A DNA stretch of 64,000 bases from Diadema antillarum (GCF_040938485.1 NW_027271492.1:1550001-1614000); one strand, 5' to 3'. Positions 1 to 12,420 are shown, counted from the first letter of the stretch. Made by a program: numbers and translations. Notes: generated by a model from the letters alone, not told the origin.

Positions 1-364
1 AAGAAAAAAAAAAGACATCTCAAAGCTTACAGGAGGAATACACAACCAACCAACAAAATATAATATATCAATAAATATATAAATAGATATAACATATTTA
101 AATTGTATCAATAACAATAGTTCCTGTGAAATAATGCATTTATGCTTGACAAATCCACACGTAAAACACACAAAAAAGGAATGTTATGTAGAAGCAGGCG
201 AATTGAACAAATCAATGTCAGGTCCAGAGAGAAAAATATTTATGAAATTTGAAAATTTTGTGAAAATATATAGAATTATAACTTGTTCATTGAAAATCAA
301 AGTGAACTTCACGTGCAAATATTATATTCTTTAAAAAAATTTTAACGCAAAATAATAAAATGGC

Positions 365-590
365 TGCATTCCAAAGTGCTAATTGATGGATCATTACTGT
401 CACCTGGTCTACGCAAATTCATTCTTTGTTTGAACATGACTGAGGTATTTCATAACTGTTTCGTCGGGCAAGCTTATGCCTTCTGTCGCTTGAAAACTAG
501 TGGAGTGCCTAATCAACTGAGAAAGAAGGAAGATCATTTGTACCCATGTACGTTTCATGAGCTAACCCCGAACTGGCATATTATGGGTAT
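365..590 (+). repeat. Old dispersed repeat, copy 1 (inverted copy at about 5720-5920)
   Basis: CTGAGAAA..GATCATTTGTACCCATG..CATGAGCTA..CCGAACTGG and upstream blocks align, with divergence, to the reverse complement of 5720-5920. Confidence 0.55.
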
Positions 591-1099
591 GTCATACCAG
601 AATGTTATGGAAATTATCGTGTTTGTGTGTTGATCTCGCAAACAAAATCATTATTGTACGATGTCAAAAATGCGAATAAAGATGAAATATAATGAGGATG
701 AAATATCAAGACGCAGGTAAAATCAAAACAACACAGTAACACAAAGATAGTGAGAACATTCATTTGATAACTCGGAGTTAAGGGAAGCATTACAAATCCT
801 ACTGCAAAAGAGAATATACCATTCCTATGGTCTCTGTTTTGCCCCCCCCCCCCCCACCCTTTTTTAGTGGGTTGGGAGAGTATATTTTGTGGACTTGCTG
901 GTATAGGCCATATAACATGAATGTACTTAGCTGAAGGTGCAAAGCTTAGCTGGATCCTTTGATAGTTTTACAGAGATTCTCTTAATGTGATTGCCACCAC
1001 CTCCCCCCCCCCCCCCAAATACTCGTGGGATATAACGATTGTCAACCAATACCACCGACGAAGTGAATACCTTGGAGCATCGTGTATCCAGCAAAAATA

Positions 1100-1326
1100 T
1101 TAATTGTTAGCATTACAATTTGTTTGAAATAGCTGCTGAGGAAGACATGAATGCTTTAAGCAAGCAGTACCCATGGTAACAGTACTGATGGCTTTGAGTC
1201 CCTTCTGGAGGGCAAAGTGATGAGGACAAAATGCCTTCGCTACAGACATACTCCAAACCGCCGCAGTCCAGCGATTCGAACTGAGGACCTCGGATTGAAA
1301 GTTCGTTGTCTTATCCACTGCGCCAC
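1100..1326 (-). mobile_element. tRNA-derived SINE
   Basis: Minus strand A-box GTGGCGCAGTGG (1326-1315), B-box GTTCGAATC (1281-1273), degenerate TTC anticodon arm, then a non-tRNA body; 3' limit approximate. Confidence 0.6.
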
Positions 1327-1658
1327 AATAGAAATAGCAGAATATGTATCTCATTGAATGTTTTCTTTACGCTTTTACAAGATATTACATAACCACAAAC
1401 ATTAACGTCGGGTTCATTATCAAATACAATGTAATGCGATCACAGAGTTGAATTAGATCGATTATGACGGATGCTGAATAACACTGCGGTCAAGAACATA
1501 ATATTCTTGACGGAGATTTCGTTAAATTGATAAGTATAACCCAAACGAGTTGTAAAAAGTTGCGTGTAGTGACGTATCATCTTATGTTGTTCTGTAAGCC
1601 CATCCCAGTCCTCAAGCTACCAACTGTCTGTCGTCTGTTCATAGGACACATAACGTAC

Positions 1659-1800
1659 TCTTTTTCTCTTCCGAGGTGGCAAACGCGGCATCATAGGGGA
1701 GGCGCACGTCTTCGAACTCGACGCCTTTTAGGGCGAACAGGAGCCGGGCGATCTCCACTCGACCTCGCGCGTCAAAATAAGTCAACTTGTAGGACGGCAT
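1659..1800 (-). CDS. GST: Sigma-class glutathione S-transferase (HPGDS/S-crystallin-like), first coding exon; rest of gene left of the window
   Basis: Minus strand ATG at 1800 reads MPSYKLTYFDARGRVEIARLLFALKGVEFEDVRLPYDAAFATSEEKK, then a phase-1 GTACGT donor at 1658. YKLTYF-x2-RGR-x-E-x2-R is the sigma GST N-terminus. A pyrimidine tract plus CAG acceptor at 1868-1870 implies a 5' UTR intron. Confidence 0.9.
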
Positions 1801-3478
1801 CTTTCTCGCGTGTCTCGTCTGTTTTTCGAGAAAAGGGAGGCGGAAGTGTTGCAGAGGCGATGCAATGCTGTATAAAAGAAGAGAAAGAGGAAATGGGGGG
1901 AATGAGGGATTGGTGATAGGTTTTCCCGCCCAATTTCATCAGATTTGCATTCGATTTAACGATGCGGTCATTCAAGTACAAGTGAATTTGAATGATCACA
2001 GATATCGACATTCAAAAAGGTAACTATAGCTCATTCAATTTAATTTCATCAGCATGCGATTTCATGAGTTTTTCACAAAAAGGTGTTAAAAGGGTGGCAT
2101 CCAAATTAAAAAAATGCAAGTGCAACGCATTCAAATTCGCATCAGCACCGCCGTGGAGAACGGTAAGGAATTCAAATTCACGATAAGGCAAACAACTACA
2201 AAGTATGGGCAGTCTTTTTCGTTGTTGCTTTTATTCTTTGTCGTTACTCAGCTGTTTGAATATGCCGACTTGATATACCTTGAAATGTGATTTTTCACTC
2301 ACACTAACTAATAAGTCGTATTACCCCACTTTCAAACACATACATTTACATTTTATTCATACACGATTGTAGTCGCTGCTATATACATTACAGAGTATGC
2401 GTGAACGTCTCGAATACGGACAGATAAAAGAATGAAGCATTACATTAACCATCAAAACTGGCGATATAACCCTTTGGTGAAATAGGTCTATATATACAGC
2501 TGATCCGATTGCGGCAACTTATCACACGGGACCAACTAAGGAATAGAATCTAAATGGATCAATATGGATTTAGGCGTATAGTACCCCTAAGATATTCTGG
2601 AATATGTCTATTTCCTAAATGTTACATCCATAGGGATTAATTCAAAGTGACTGAAAGGTCGACAGGAAAGAAATCCATATATCCAATAAAATTAAGATAA
2701 TTAAATGAGACTTGGAAATGAAAACGAAATTGTATCATTGAATCGTATAATAGTGAATAAAAAAGGCCCGTAGAAGTTGTGTATGTTGATTGAATTTGAA
2801 CGTTCAAAGTGCCAAGTTGTGTTCCTGGCTATAAATGAAATTGAAACTGGTTTTGGCACGAATTTCAACGTCTATCCAGCTGGCGCGAAACTCAATGCCA
2901 ACTTCTGAGTCGTTGAATTGAATGAATTTATCTCTTAATTGAATGAAATAAAGTCTAAAAGGAATGATATGGAATAGGATTGAATACTCAAAGAATTACA
3001 ATTAACCTGAGAGTAGAGCAGTGACCAAAATCGCTTGAATTTGAACGCCTTTTCAGTAATTCTGATGATATTGGGCGGGAAAACCTATAACATTCAGTGT
3101 TACGTGCGAGGAGCTGCAAACATAAATCACCATTTCGATACGAATTATGCACCATCTGCTCGTGCATAATACAACATGTAGGCCTATATAGTTCAGTGGA
3201 GCTGCGACACGCCCATCTGTTTTGCACGTAGCACTAGGTCCACCCTAAATGATCGAGTGTGGTTGGATGGAGTTGGATGCGAATATGTGTCATGACTGAC
3301 GTGTAGTCTTTTTGTTACTAGCATTACTTTATACCCTTATACAAACGATGATTAACACCCTCGAGGCCTCCATGTAACAGACACAGTATAGAAAAGAATG
3401 AGCAAAGATCAATCCTTAGTAACCTGGGACACAGCACGTTTTTTTTTTCACAAAAACAAAAGCAGCACCGCCACTTAC

Positions 3479-3560
3479 CAGAATGAACGAACACCACAGG
3501 CAGCGCAAGGACTATGGAAACCACCTGTCTTGTCCGTCAGTTCAGTTTTCAAGCTCACAA
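3479..3560 (-). other. Candidate non-coding 5' exon of the GST gene
   Basis: Minus strand CTG|GTAAGT donor at 3478 in a CpG-richer island; a second GTAAGT donor lies at 3610. The 5' boundary is approximate. Confidence 0.45.
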
Positions 3561-3630
3561 CCTGCGCACACGGATCTTTCCATGTGAGTGCAATGCGAAC
3601 TTGAACTTACTGTTCGGTGCAACGCGATAC

Positions 3631-3645
3631 ATGACGCAGCATTTT
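3631..3645. promoter_or_regulatory. Antioxidant response element (CNC/Nrf2-sMaf site) at the putative GST promoter
   Basis: ATGACGCAGCATTTT matches RTGACnnnGCA plus the AT-rich Maf flank; a second core, GTGACGCCGC, is at 3783-3792. Confidence 0.5.
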
Positions 3646-5719
3646 CCCCCAATCCGCTCTCCTTATCTCATTTTTTTTTTTCATGCACATTTATACTATT
3701 ATCTGTCTTTCAAAGGTACCGATCTATACGCAGCAGAAGGTGCACCGATATGCACTGCACGACGTGAAAGAAAAAATAGTGTGTGACGCCGCGCGAACAA
3801 AGCATGGAAGGTCGGAAGCAGGCGGCGGAAGGGCAAAGGTCTCTAGATCATCGTCAATAATATTGACGAAGAGAAAATCTCAAAGGGACGTCCATGCGAA
3901 AATTGACAAAGATATCTGCTTAGTATTAATTCAATGTCTTCTGACAGGTTTGATAGCCAAGTAAATACGTTTCTTTCACACTAACAGTGTTGAATTTTCG
4001 GTATCGCCAATACCTAGGTGCCGTGTGCAGAGCAGCGTTTTAGATGCATTATGGGATAGCTCAAGGGACAAACTTGCCCCGGTTTTGCCTGCATACTCGT
4101 ATGCACTCAGGTCTTGTTCAGTCTTTATCCAGGGGTATCTTTTGTTGAAGATTTCTTTGCTTTCCATCATTACATACATGTGACTAGCACATTGAAGCCT
4201 TGCAGTTGTGAACCATGACTCTAGTGACCGCAAATCCGTAAAATTTAGAAACTTTCAACTCTTATAAAGCTGAATTATAGTCAAGAAAAAGGAGTAACAA
4301 CGTAAAAGCATACAAATAACTCCATTAATTCGTATGGGAACTGGGACGTACGCGAGACAACCGGAAGCGACAATGGCACCGAGGAATCCCACAGTACATC
4401 TGTGACATGGCTCTTCAGCGTGCGCAGAAGTTTTCTGCTCATTGGCGATATCGGGATGTAGTCGCTTGAGCTTTTCTTGAGTAATAAAGGACAAACTTTC
4501 TTTCTTTCTTTTTTTTTGGACAAAGGATATGACTTCAAGGCATGCTAAACGTATCAATTATAAGGTTGGCAGGAAGGGGATGTGAAAAGATGTGTCTCGG
4601 ATATCTGAATATTAAATTGTTGTTATAATGCATTCCATTCACATTCATATTTCCCGTAAAATGTAACCTTGACAAACCTGTCTCTCCTAGCACCAACTTA
4701 GACATAGTCAAAGAGTGCGTTATTTTTCATACCATCGTCCATAGGTTACAAAGAAAACATTTCTTCATTGCGTGTTATGTGCGTGACATTTCAAACATTG
4801 TATCGATTAGCATATTACAAGATAAATCATCGGCATACACAATTGAGAGACTGTGTCGACGGGACTCTTGTGTCAAATTTCTAATCATTATACATTACAA
4901 AAATATGATACACATTGATTGCATTCATAATACTCTCATCACAGCAATAATGATCAAAGTATATATATAATACATATATACTTTGATAATTATTGCTGTG
5001 ATATATTGCGCTGTATATATATATATATATATTTTATATTGTATGTATAAATTCATTCACAATCTATACACAATCAATGTCTTGACATAATCAGACATTA
5101 TAATACTGGTGCGTCGATTTCAAAATTTACCCCCAAGAATTGAAACAGTTTCTTCCCCTTTTCTTGACATCATCTGCCAACTGTGGCTAGAAAACTGATA
5201 AACACTTCTGATCAGGGGCTGGTCTCCTTGTCGAATCTGATTCTTGTCAATCTTATCCCTGGTGTTCTTTGATAGAATAAATCCTTATACGCCATCACTA
5301 TCATCTTGTCTTTCGGAACAATTATGATTGTTGTTTGCCCAAGCTTCTGGTTTACTTTGTCTGAGTCACCATGCTCTTATAAGTGCTGAGCAAATAGAAC
5401 CATGTTTTCTGTTCATCTTACTCAATATCCCCGCTCAAGGCACGGACAGAATTAAACAGCATGAAAGTTCTTCCTCAGTGATGAGCATGCGACCCGTCAA
5501 AATGACATCATACACTAAAACTGCTGGCCATCTGCCAAAGTAACAAAGGTTCCCAACAGCGGCAGCAGCCGTACATGTTTGCAAAGCCCTCGTTGGAAAG
5601 AGAGGAGCAGAGAATGTGAAACCGAGCTATGTAGACCCCTGGCCTGGGATGACATTAATTTTCAGTGTCTCAAGTACAGTGATATGAAGTGGTGGCTTGC
5701 AAACTCGACTAACTGAACA

Positions 5720-5920
5720 ATATCAGAATAGACCAGTTCGGAGATAGCTCATGTTCACATGGGTACAAATGACCTTTCATTTTTCTCAGGTGGTTCAAAG
5801 CAACATAATGCATCAGTTTGCTCAACATAGGAATTTATGGAACTCGTATTCAAACAAAGGATGGAGCTGCCTTGATCAAGTGACCAGAATAGTTCGTCAA
5901 TCATAACTTTGGGAATCATC
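5720..5920 (-). repeat. Old dispersed repeat, copy 2
   Basis: Reverse complement gives CTGAGAAAAATGAAAGGTCATTTGTACCCATG..CATGAGCTATCTCCGAACTGG, similar to 518-577. Confidence 0.55.
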
Positions 5921-6197
5921 CATTTCATTGTGCTGTATTAAATGCATAAATACATTTTTTTTTTGTTTTTTGCCAAATGCCAGGCTTGCTGTCAGGTGAA
6001 TTTACTGGCAGGCACCATTTATTAGGATTACAGGAATACATATTGCATCACAGATGTTTATCTCAGTGAATTTAAAAACCAACCTGTCTCTCAGTACAAA
6101 CGACATTTTTTCTGCTCATGCGCAAACTAGAACCCCGAACTGGCTTATATCTCATTCACTCAGGAAACAATTCGATCTGACACTTTCTTGCCACTGA

Positions 6198-6330
6198 NNN
6201 NNNNNNNNNNNNNNNNNNNNNNNNNNNNNNNNNNNNNNNNNNNNNNNNNNNNNNNNNNNNNNNNNNNNNNNNNNNNNNNNNNNNNNNNNNNNNNNNNNNN
6301 NNNNNNNNNNNNNNNNNNNNNNNNNNNNNN
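6198..6330. other. Assembly gap (N-run)
   Basis: Other gaps at 9600-9836, 35756-35907, 36058-36239, 44031-44180 and 55173-55331. Confidence 1.
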
Positions 6331-7490
6331 AAACACACACTCACACTTACACACGCACACACACATACACACACACATACACACACAAAGCACACAAACA
6401 CACACCATTTAATATTTCACAAATATTACAACGGTGACCGGAAAAGTACTTGTGATAATAATAATATGATAATAATAATGATAAAACGACAATAAATCAG
6501 TTTATTGTCGTTTAATCATTATCGTTATCACAAGTGCCATTTTCACCAAATTCATCTTTATACTTCGTTGTTGATGAGTCTCTTTTTCGAAAAAAAACAA
6601 AAAACAGTCAGAATTATCACTGCACCTAAGAGACCAAATTCGAAACAGAGACCAGGCCTATAACACGCCTCAACCCCTCATCCCGTCTCCCCTCCCCTCC
6701 CTTTTTTATTCCGTGAGGGAAATACTCTCAGGATGAAAACAGAATAAGTGCCTGTCGTTCTGATTTGGCCCAAAAAGTGGTTATTTCAATCAAGCTGAGT
6801 TGTTTGAACATTATCATTATAATTGGAGGTTTCACAATGATCTGTTATACTAGTCTGTCGTTTTTTTTCCCCAAGTCTAGCTCCCCCCTCCTTATTTTTC
6901 TGTTCATCTCTAATCTTTCTACCGTAATGTCATCATAATGAGTGTTATATACGTGGTATCAAATGAAATCAATTAAATGTATTCACAGTCACCATTCTTG
7001 CCTGGTACAATTTTTTCACTATACCTTTTTTTTTTGCCCTCGCTAAAATCAACTGGATTCTGAGACACTAATGGAGAGATGTAACTCATCGCATATTCAG
7101 TCATATTTTCATAGCCAGTTTTAATCTAAGAATATAATATAGGAAGCGCACGCGGTGGTCTCAATGCGGCAAAATTTTTGGATTACGCCCTCTGTCGGCT
7201 CTTCCCCTGTAGATGTGAGTTGATGAAATTGATTACTTTCGGGAAAATACATATTGTTAGGCGCACCTGTCATCTGAAAGATTAATTTTCACAGCTTTCT
7301 TGTGTTTAATCATTAATTTTCCTTCAATTCAATAGGAAGATTAATTCATCTTTATCTGATATTTTGTTTTTAAGAATTGCGCATGATTAGGTGCTATACA
7401 TAGATGTATTCATTTGTTAATGCTGCAAATTATCACTATCATATTCGCCATGCATTTAGTTATCAGTCTTTTTCGTTCAGTTCAACATCC

Positions 7491-7493
<3 letters not shown>

Positions 7494-7537
<44 letters not shown>
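7494..7537. repeat. (AT)n microsatellite
   Basis: Direct; further (AT)n tracts at about 28086-28126, 59988-60029, 60565-60608 and 60769-60811. Confidence 0.95.
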
Positions 7538-7539
<2 letters not shown>

Positions 7540-10500
7540 ATGTACCATTGATAGATAATACTTAGATACAGGCAATCACTTCTAATCATGTTGCCTACAG
7601 CACATGAAAGCAAAAGGCTACTCCCCCACCCCCAACACTTTTTAAATACAGCTTCCACAATCCTTGTTCCAGGGCTACGATTGAGTGGCAGTATATCGCA
7701 CGAGACAACTAGCATATCATCATCACGATCCTCCTTAGGCCTACATACCTGTCACCGAGAAACTTTCTTTTCATCATGCAGAAGAAAGGAAAGTCTCCCT
7801 TTGTTTGCGATGCTAACAGTTCACCTAAATCCCTCACCAGCTACCCGCGGGGCTCGATTTAAGACCGTTGTACGTTGAAAGCAAATACATGTACCAGTAG
7901 GTTTTAAGAAAAATCTCACCACGTCCATCCTTTTCAGATGGGAAGAAAAGAGAAACCGGTTTTATTTGGACTACTTTGAGTGAGGGGGAAGGGGGATAGG
8001 CAAATTTACTTTGTAGATTTCCGCTTTGATTGTTTCTTTGTGTGGAAAACGTCACACGCATTTTTCTCCAAGCAACTAGGAGAGGTCTGAATATATTGTG
8101 TTACCGTTACCAAGAAGGGCAGATGGGGAATTTGCAGCTCCTCATAAAGCTCAAGGCATAATTATTAACTCGAGATAGGTATGAAATAATTGATGTCATC
8201 CTTCCTTTTTTGGTCAGTTTTTGACAACCTTCATATCTGCTGACAAGATCTTATTTCGATGTCACTCTATGAGGATGTACAGCATCGTTTGGTCTTGGAT
8301 GCATTACAAGGGAATAATCACACCTAGACTCCAGTAACTGATCAAGAGCCGTTTGAAAGGTAGGTCACCAAAAATGTGTATGTTTGTGTGTGTGCATGCA
8401 ATCCGTTGAATTCATACTATCAGACTATTGAGAGCCCTTCATCCACCTCTTATTGGTCTTTGGTTCTTTGATTTTGGTGCGGTTTGAGATTTATATTGTC
8501 TTGTTTTTCTAAAAGTGCAACAACGAATGAAATACAAAGCAGCCAGAGAATCAAACCATAAGAGAATAGCCATTTTCGTATTGATATTGCATGTAATACT
8601 TTTTATGATTATGTAACATAAAGTAAAGTTCCACATTGGAAATTGATCACGTGCCAGTACACTGTGGGGGGAGAAATGACGACATTGCCCATGCGAGGCA
8701 GTAAATGGCCAAATTGAAAAAGACGATTTCAGTCAAACAGCATTATTCAAAACATTCGAACCCCTTGCTGTGTTTCTGAAACGGGCAACAATCGGCTGAG
8801 CATTGTTCAGATTCACTTTTTAATGGAAATCTAATGGATATTACGTGATTTACCGTATAGATAATACAATAGCAAGCGTTAGCGAAACTGGGCGGCTGAT
8901 ATACTGCCCTATAACCATGGACTTGGTTTCGGTTATGAATATTGGAATATGCCATCTGTAAATTGCAATTTATGAGAAGGGACGGAGTAGTAAGTCTGCT
9001 ACTGCTGATGTATTCAAAATGTTTCCCACTAATAGATATACATAATATGCTCAGCACACACAAAATATTTGTACTTTTATGATTTGAATTTATCTTATTT
9101 GATTTTAGGCTGCATCTGTGACTTTGAATTCATCAGTGTAGTAGAATACAGCTCACATGATTTCGTTGATTTTCTTTAATATCGTATATTTCACCTTCTT
9201 TCGCATGCTCCCTTAGCCTTTTCTCTTTTCCTATTTTTGTCTTCTCTTTCTCGGTATTTATATCACTTATTTCACTACTTTGTCTTCATCGTGTACGCGC
9301 AGTATTCGTCCACAAACCCGCCTGATTATATAGAAATGTCTTAATTCCTCTTCTGTCTGATATTCGCCGATTGTAGCTGAGGTAGGGGTCTCATCCGCAT
9401 TAGGCTAAGCCGATCCCAACACAACAGCCTTTCCATTTCTTGAGAGTCTCGAAAGTCCATAAGCTTTGTACGGGGCGTGTAGCATGCGAAACCTTAAAAT
9501 ATCGTAGCATTATATATCGGATCAGACGATACTGGAGCTGAATGAATATTGGGTCTGGTATATGAAAGAAGAAGAAGAGGAGGAGAAAGATGAATACAAN
9601 NNNNNNNNNNNNNNNNNNNNNNNNNNNNNNNNNNNNNNNNNNNNNNNNNNNNNNNNNNNNNNNNNNNNNNNNNNNNNNNNNNNNNNNNNNNNNNNNNNNN
9701 NNNNNNNNNNNNNNNNNNNNNNNNNNNNNNNNNNNNNNNNNNNNNNNNNNNNNNNNNNNNNNNNNNNNNNNNNNNNNNNNNNNNNNNNNNNNNNNNNNNN
9801 NNNNNNNNNNNNNNNNNNNNNNNNNNNNNNNNNNNNTCACCTGTTTCTTTTCATTATTTTCCTCGTACTATCTCCCCTCTCCAGTAATATGCAAATTCCA
9901 TGCCTGTCCAATAACTATCGGTTTACAAACTTATTTATTCGAACTGCACCTTTAACAAATGCCGATCCTCAACACCAGAAAGCTTTTCGGGTGCTATGCA
10001 ACGTGGTAGAAAACAATTTATGCAAGCTGCTTCCAAAGCAACGAAAAATATTCATCGGGAGCAGCGAATTATTTAATTAACGAGGTGTTCGGGGAAAATT
10101 TGTCAATCTGAATAAGGCGATTAATCCTCAACGCCGTATTTTACACCTGCTTCATTTAAAATAACTTCCTAATGTATACTTGGAATATAATTTTGTCATT
10201 GTGTCGTACATGGCACCTCAGTTGTCTCTTTTCATTTCCACCTCTGAGCCAAATGCAAGTTAAATGTCATGTTTAATTAAGCGCTTTATAAAGAATGTTA
10301 TATATTATTATTAATCATTACCAGTAGGGGATGTGTAAATTCTATGAAGACTTTTTGATGTAGCGTTTTCCCCTTGTTTGCCGAGTCACTTGCTTAACAT
10401 CAACAACAATAACAACAAAAATAAAATGCACAGAATTCACCCAGGATATGGTCTACCTTGCTATATCTTTCACATTTCCATGATGCCAAATTGTCAATCT

Positions 10501-11102
10501 TTACTGTTAACCTCCTAACGTTGATTTCTTCATTTGGTATAATGTTTTTCATATTTTCATCACAATGAATACCTCAAAATGTAAATGACTATAGAGCATG
10601 TGACCGGTAGACAGTGCAAACAAAAATCGAATTTAAAAAAGTCCAGCAACAACAGTGAATATTATTCGAGGTCTCTTCCTCTCTGGTATAATAAGTTGAT
10701 GTCACAACCTTTCTGGTTTTCTTTAATCAAGAATTTATTCAAGTTCAGCGCAATGTGAAAGGAACATATATATACATACAACAACAAGATCCACTGTTTC
10801 ATGCAAAAGGAATGGCAGGTCAAAATACGTATATGAGTTACAAAGTAACTGTTGAAAGTTACATTACTAAGACACAAAATACGCATATCAAAAAATATAA
10901 CTGCATTACAATGACAACATATATATTCCTTGCCCGCAGTATCACAGTAACAATTCTCGATATGGATTAAACAAATGCAATACACACACATACACCATCA
11001 TCTCAATCAATTAATGTAGTTCTTGCGCTATTTGTTGACTTTCTTTATTTAACGATGAGAAAAGTAAACAACCTATATTTTCCTGGAAAATCCATGTCAT
11101 AG

Positions 11103-11373
11103 AGCTCAACCTGCTAGAAGTGTTGGTATTGCACCATACACTCCCAAAGAGGTGACCTTCAGTAGCAAATATCTTGAGGGTTTTAAACAGATAGGTGTTT
11201 ATTGTCGCTTCAAAGGGCAGTTCAAATGAGAGGCATGTCGCTACGATGGAATCGTGTTTAACACGTCATGCTCATCGGGAGAAAGGAGACTCTTCCATAT
11301 TACCTTGAAAGAAGGTACTCAGGGAAATTCCATCTTGGAATTTGATTTGAAAGAAAATAGAAGAATCACAGAG
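11103..11373 (+). other. Candidate upstream (5' UTR) exon of the CNBD gene
   Basis: CATAG acceptor and GAG|GTAAAT donor; higher complexity than flanking intron. Confidence 0.45.
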
Positions 11374-11839
11374 GTAAATCACTGAAAACTTTATTGGGAA
11401 AATGGGACTAAAAAAAGTTATAAATTGTAACAGTTTAGATTATAAAACACTTGATTACTCTCTCTCTGATCTAGTTGTTAATGAGATCTGTTTGTTAACA
11501 AACCTTCACCGATTTCAGTATCCTTTCGAGAAAAACTCCTCAGACCTGTTCTTGACATAAAATTATATCAGAGTAACACGTTCTTGCTTGTCCTTTGCGG
11601 ATAAGTTCCGTCCGTGTTTAAATAATGTCTGAGAAAAGATACCATGGTATTTGGAAATTTGACAAAGTTGTAAAATTCATTGTAAACAAAAAATGAAGAG
11701 GTGATCAAACATGGATTACAAACAGCTGCCAATTTGTCTTATTATACTCTCTAAACTTTTACAATAACATTTTTATGCCTCCAATTCATTTCCGAAATTT
11801 TCACTAATCAGTTCCTCTGCTTTTATTTTGTTTTCGTAG

Positions 11840-11954
11840 CAAAGCGACATACAAGATGGAATTTCCCTTCAAACAATCATAGGCAATGGAAGGAGCAGTC
11901 AAGAACATTTTTCAGTTCTTCAGAAACGCAAACATTGTTGAGGATGACTGAAAG
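11840..11954 (+). other. Candidate upstream (5' UTR) exon of the CNBD gene
   Basis: TTTTATTTTGTTTTCGTAG acceptor, AAG|GTGAGA donor; next acceptor CCTATACAG at 12214 opens the ATG-containing exon. Confidence 0.6.
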
Positions 11955-12420
11955 GTGAGACTTGCGGTTGTGACAGCAAATGTTGTATTCTGACGAGGTT
12001 TGGTGTTATTATTTGAAGCATACTGAGTCAGAATATTTGAAGGATAACGAAATGATTAACTAAAAGTTTTAGGGAGAGAAAACTACAACTTCTGGGAGGA
12101 ACAAATGACTTACTAGTATGCATCTTACGACCTTAAATGGTTAAAACTTCAATCCAAAATATCCATACTTTTATCTGTAGAACTGTCATACTTTCATGTT
12201 ATTATCCTATACAGGTCAGCCTTGCTGTGAGGGGACTAAAAGGTGATACTGGTTCCACATAGATTTGTGTCAAGTGTGCCGCCGGCAACGAAAATGGACT
12301 ATGGAATGAATCTCCTGTGAATACCGCTATCATTTTATTGTAATCGATGCAGTCAAGGCGACAAGATTTTTCCAATTTTGAATTTCTTTAGAAGACGTCT
12401 AACGAAAAACTAAGGACACC

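Noticed and set aside
1260-1326. Functional tRNA gene (TTC anticodon)
   Set aside because: A and B boxes are present, but the anticodon stem pairs only 3/5, there is no acceptor stem, and it runs into a SINE body.
5100-5720. Decayed transposase or SWIM-finger coding sequence (GLCKHV-like string)
   Set aside because: Multiple stops in all frames and only a short motif-like match, so it cannot be supported.
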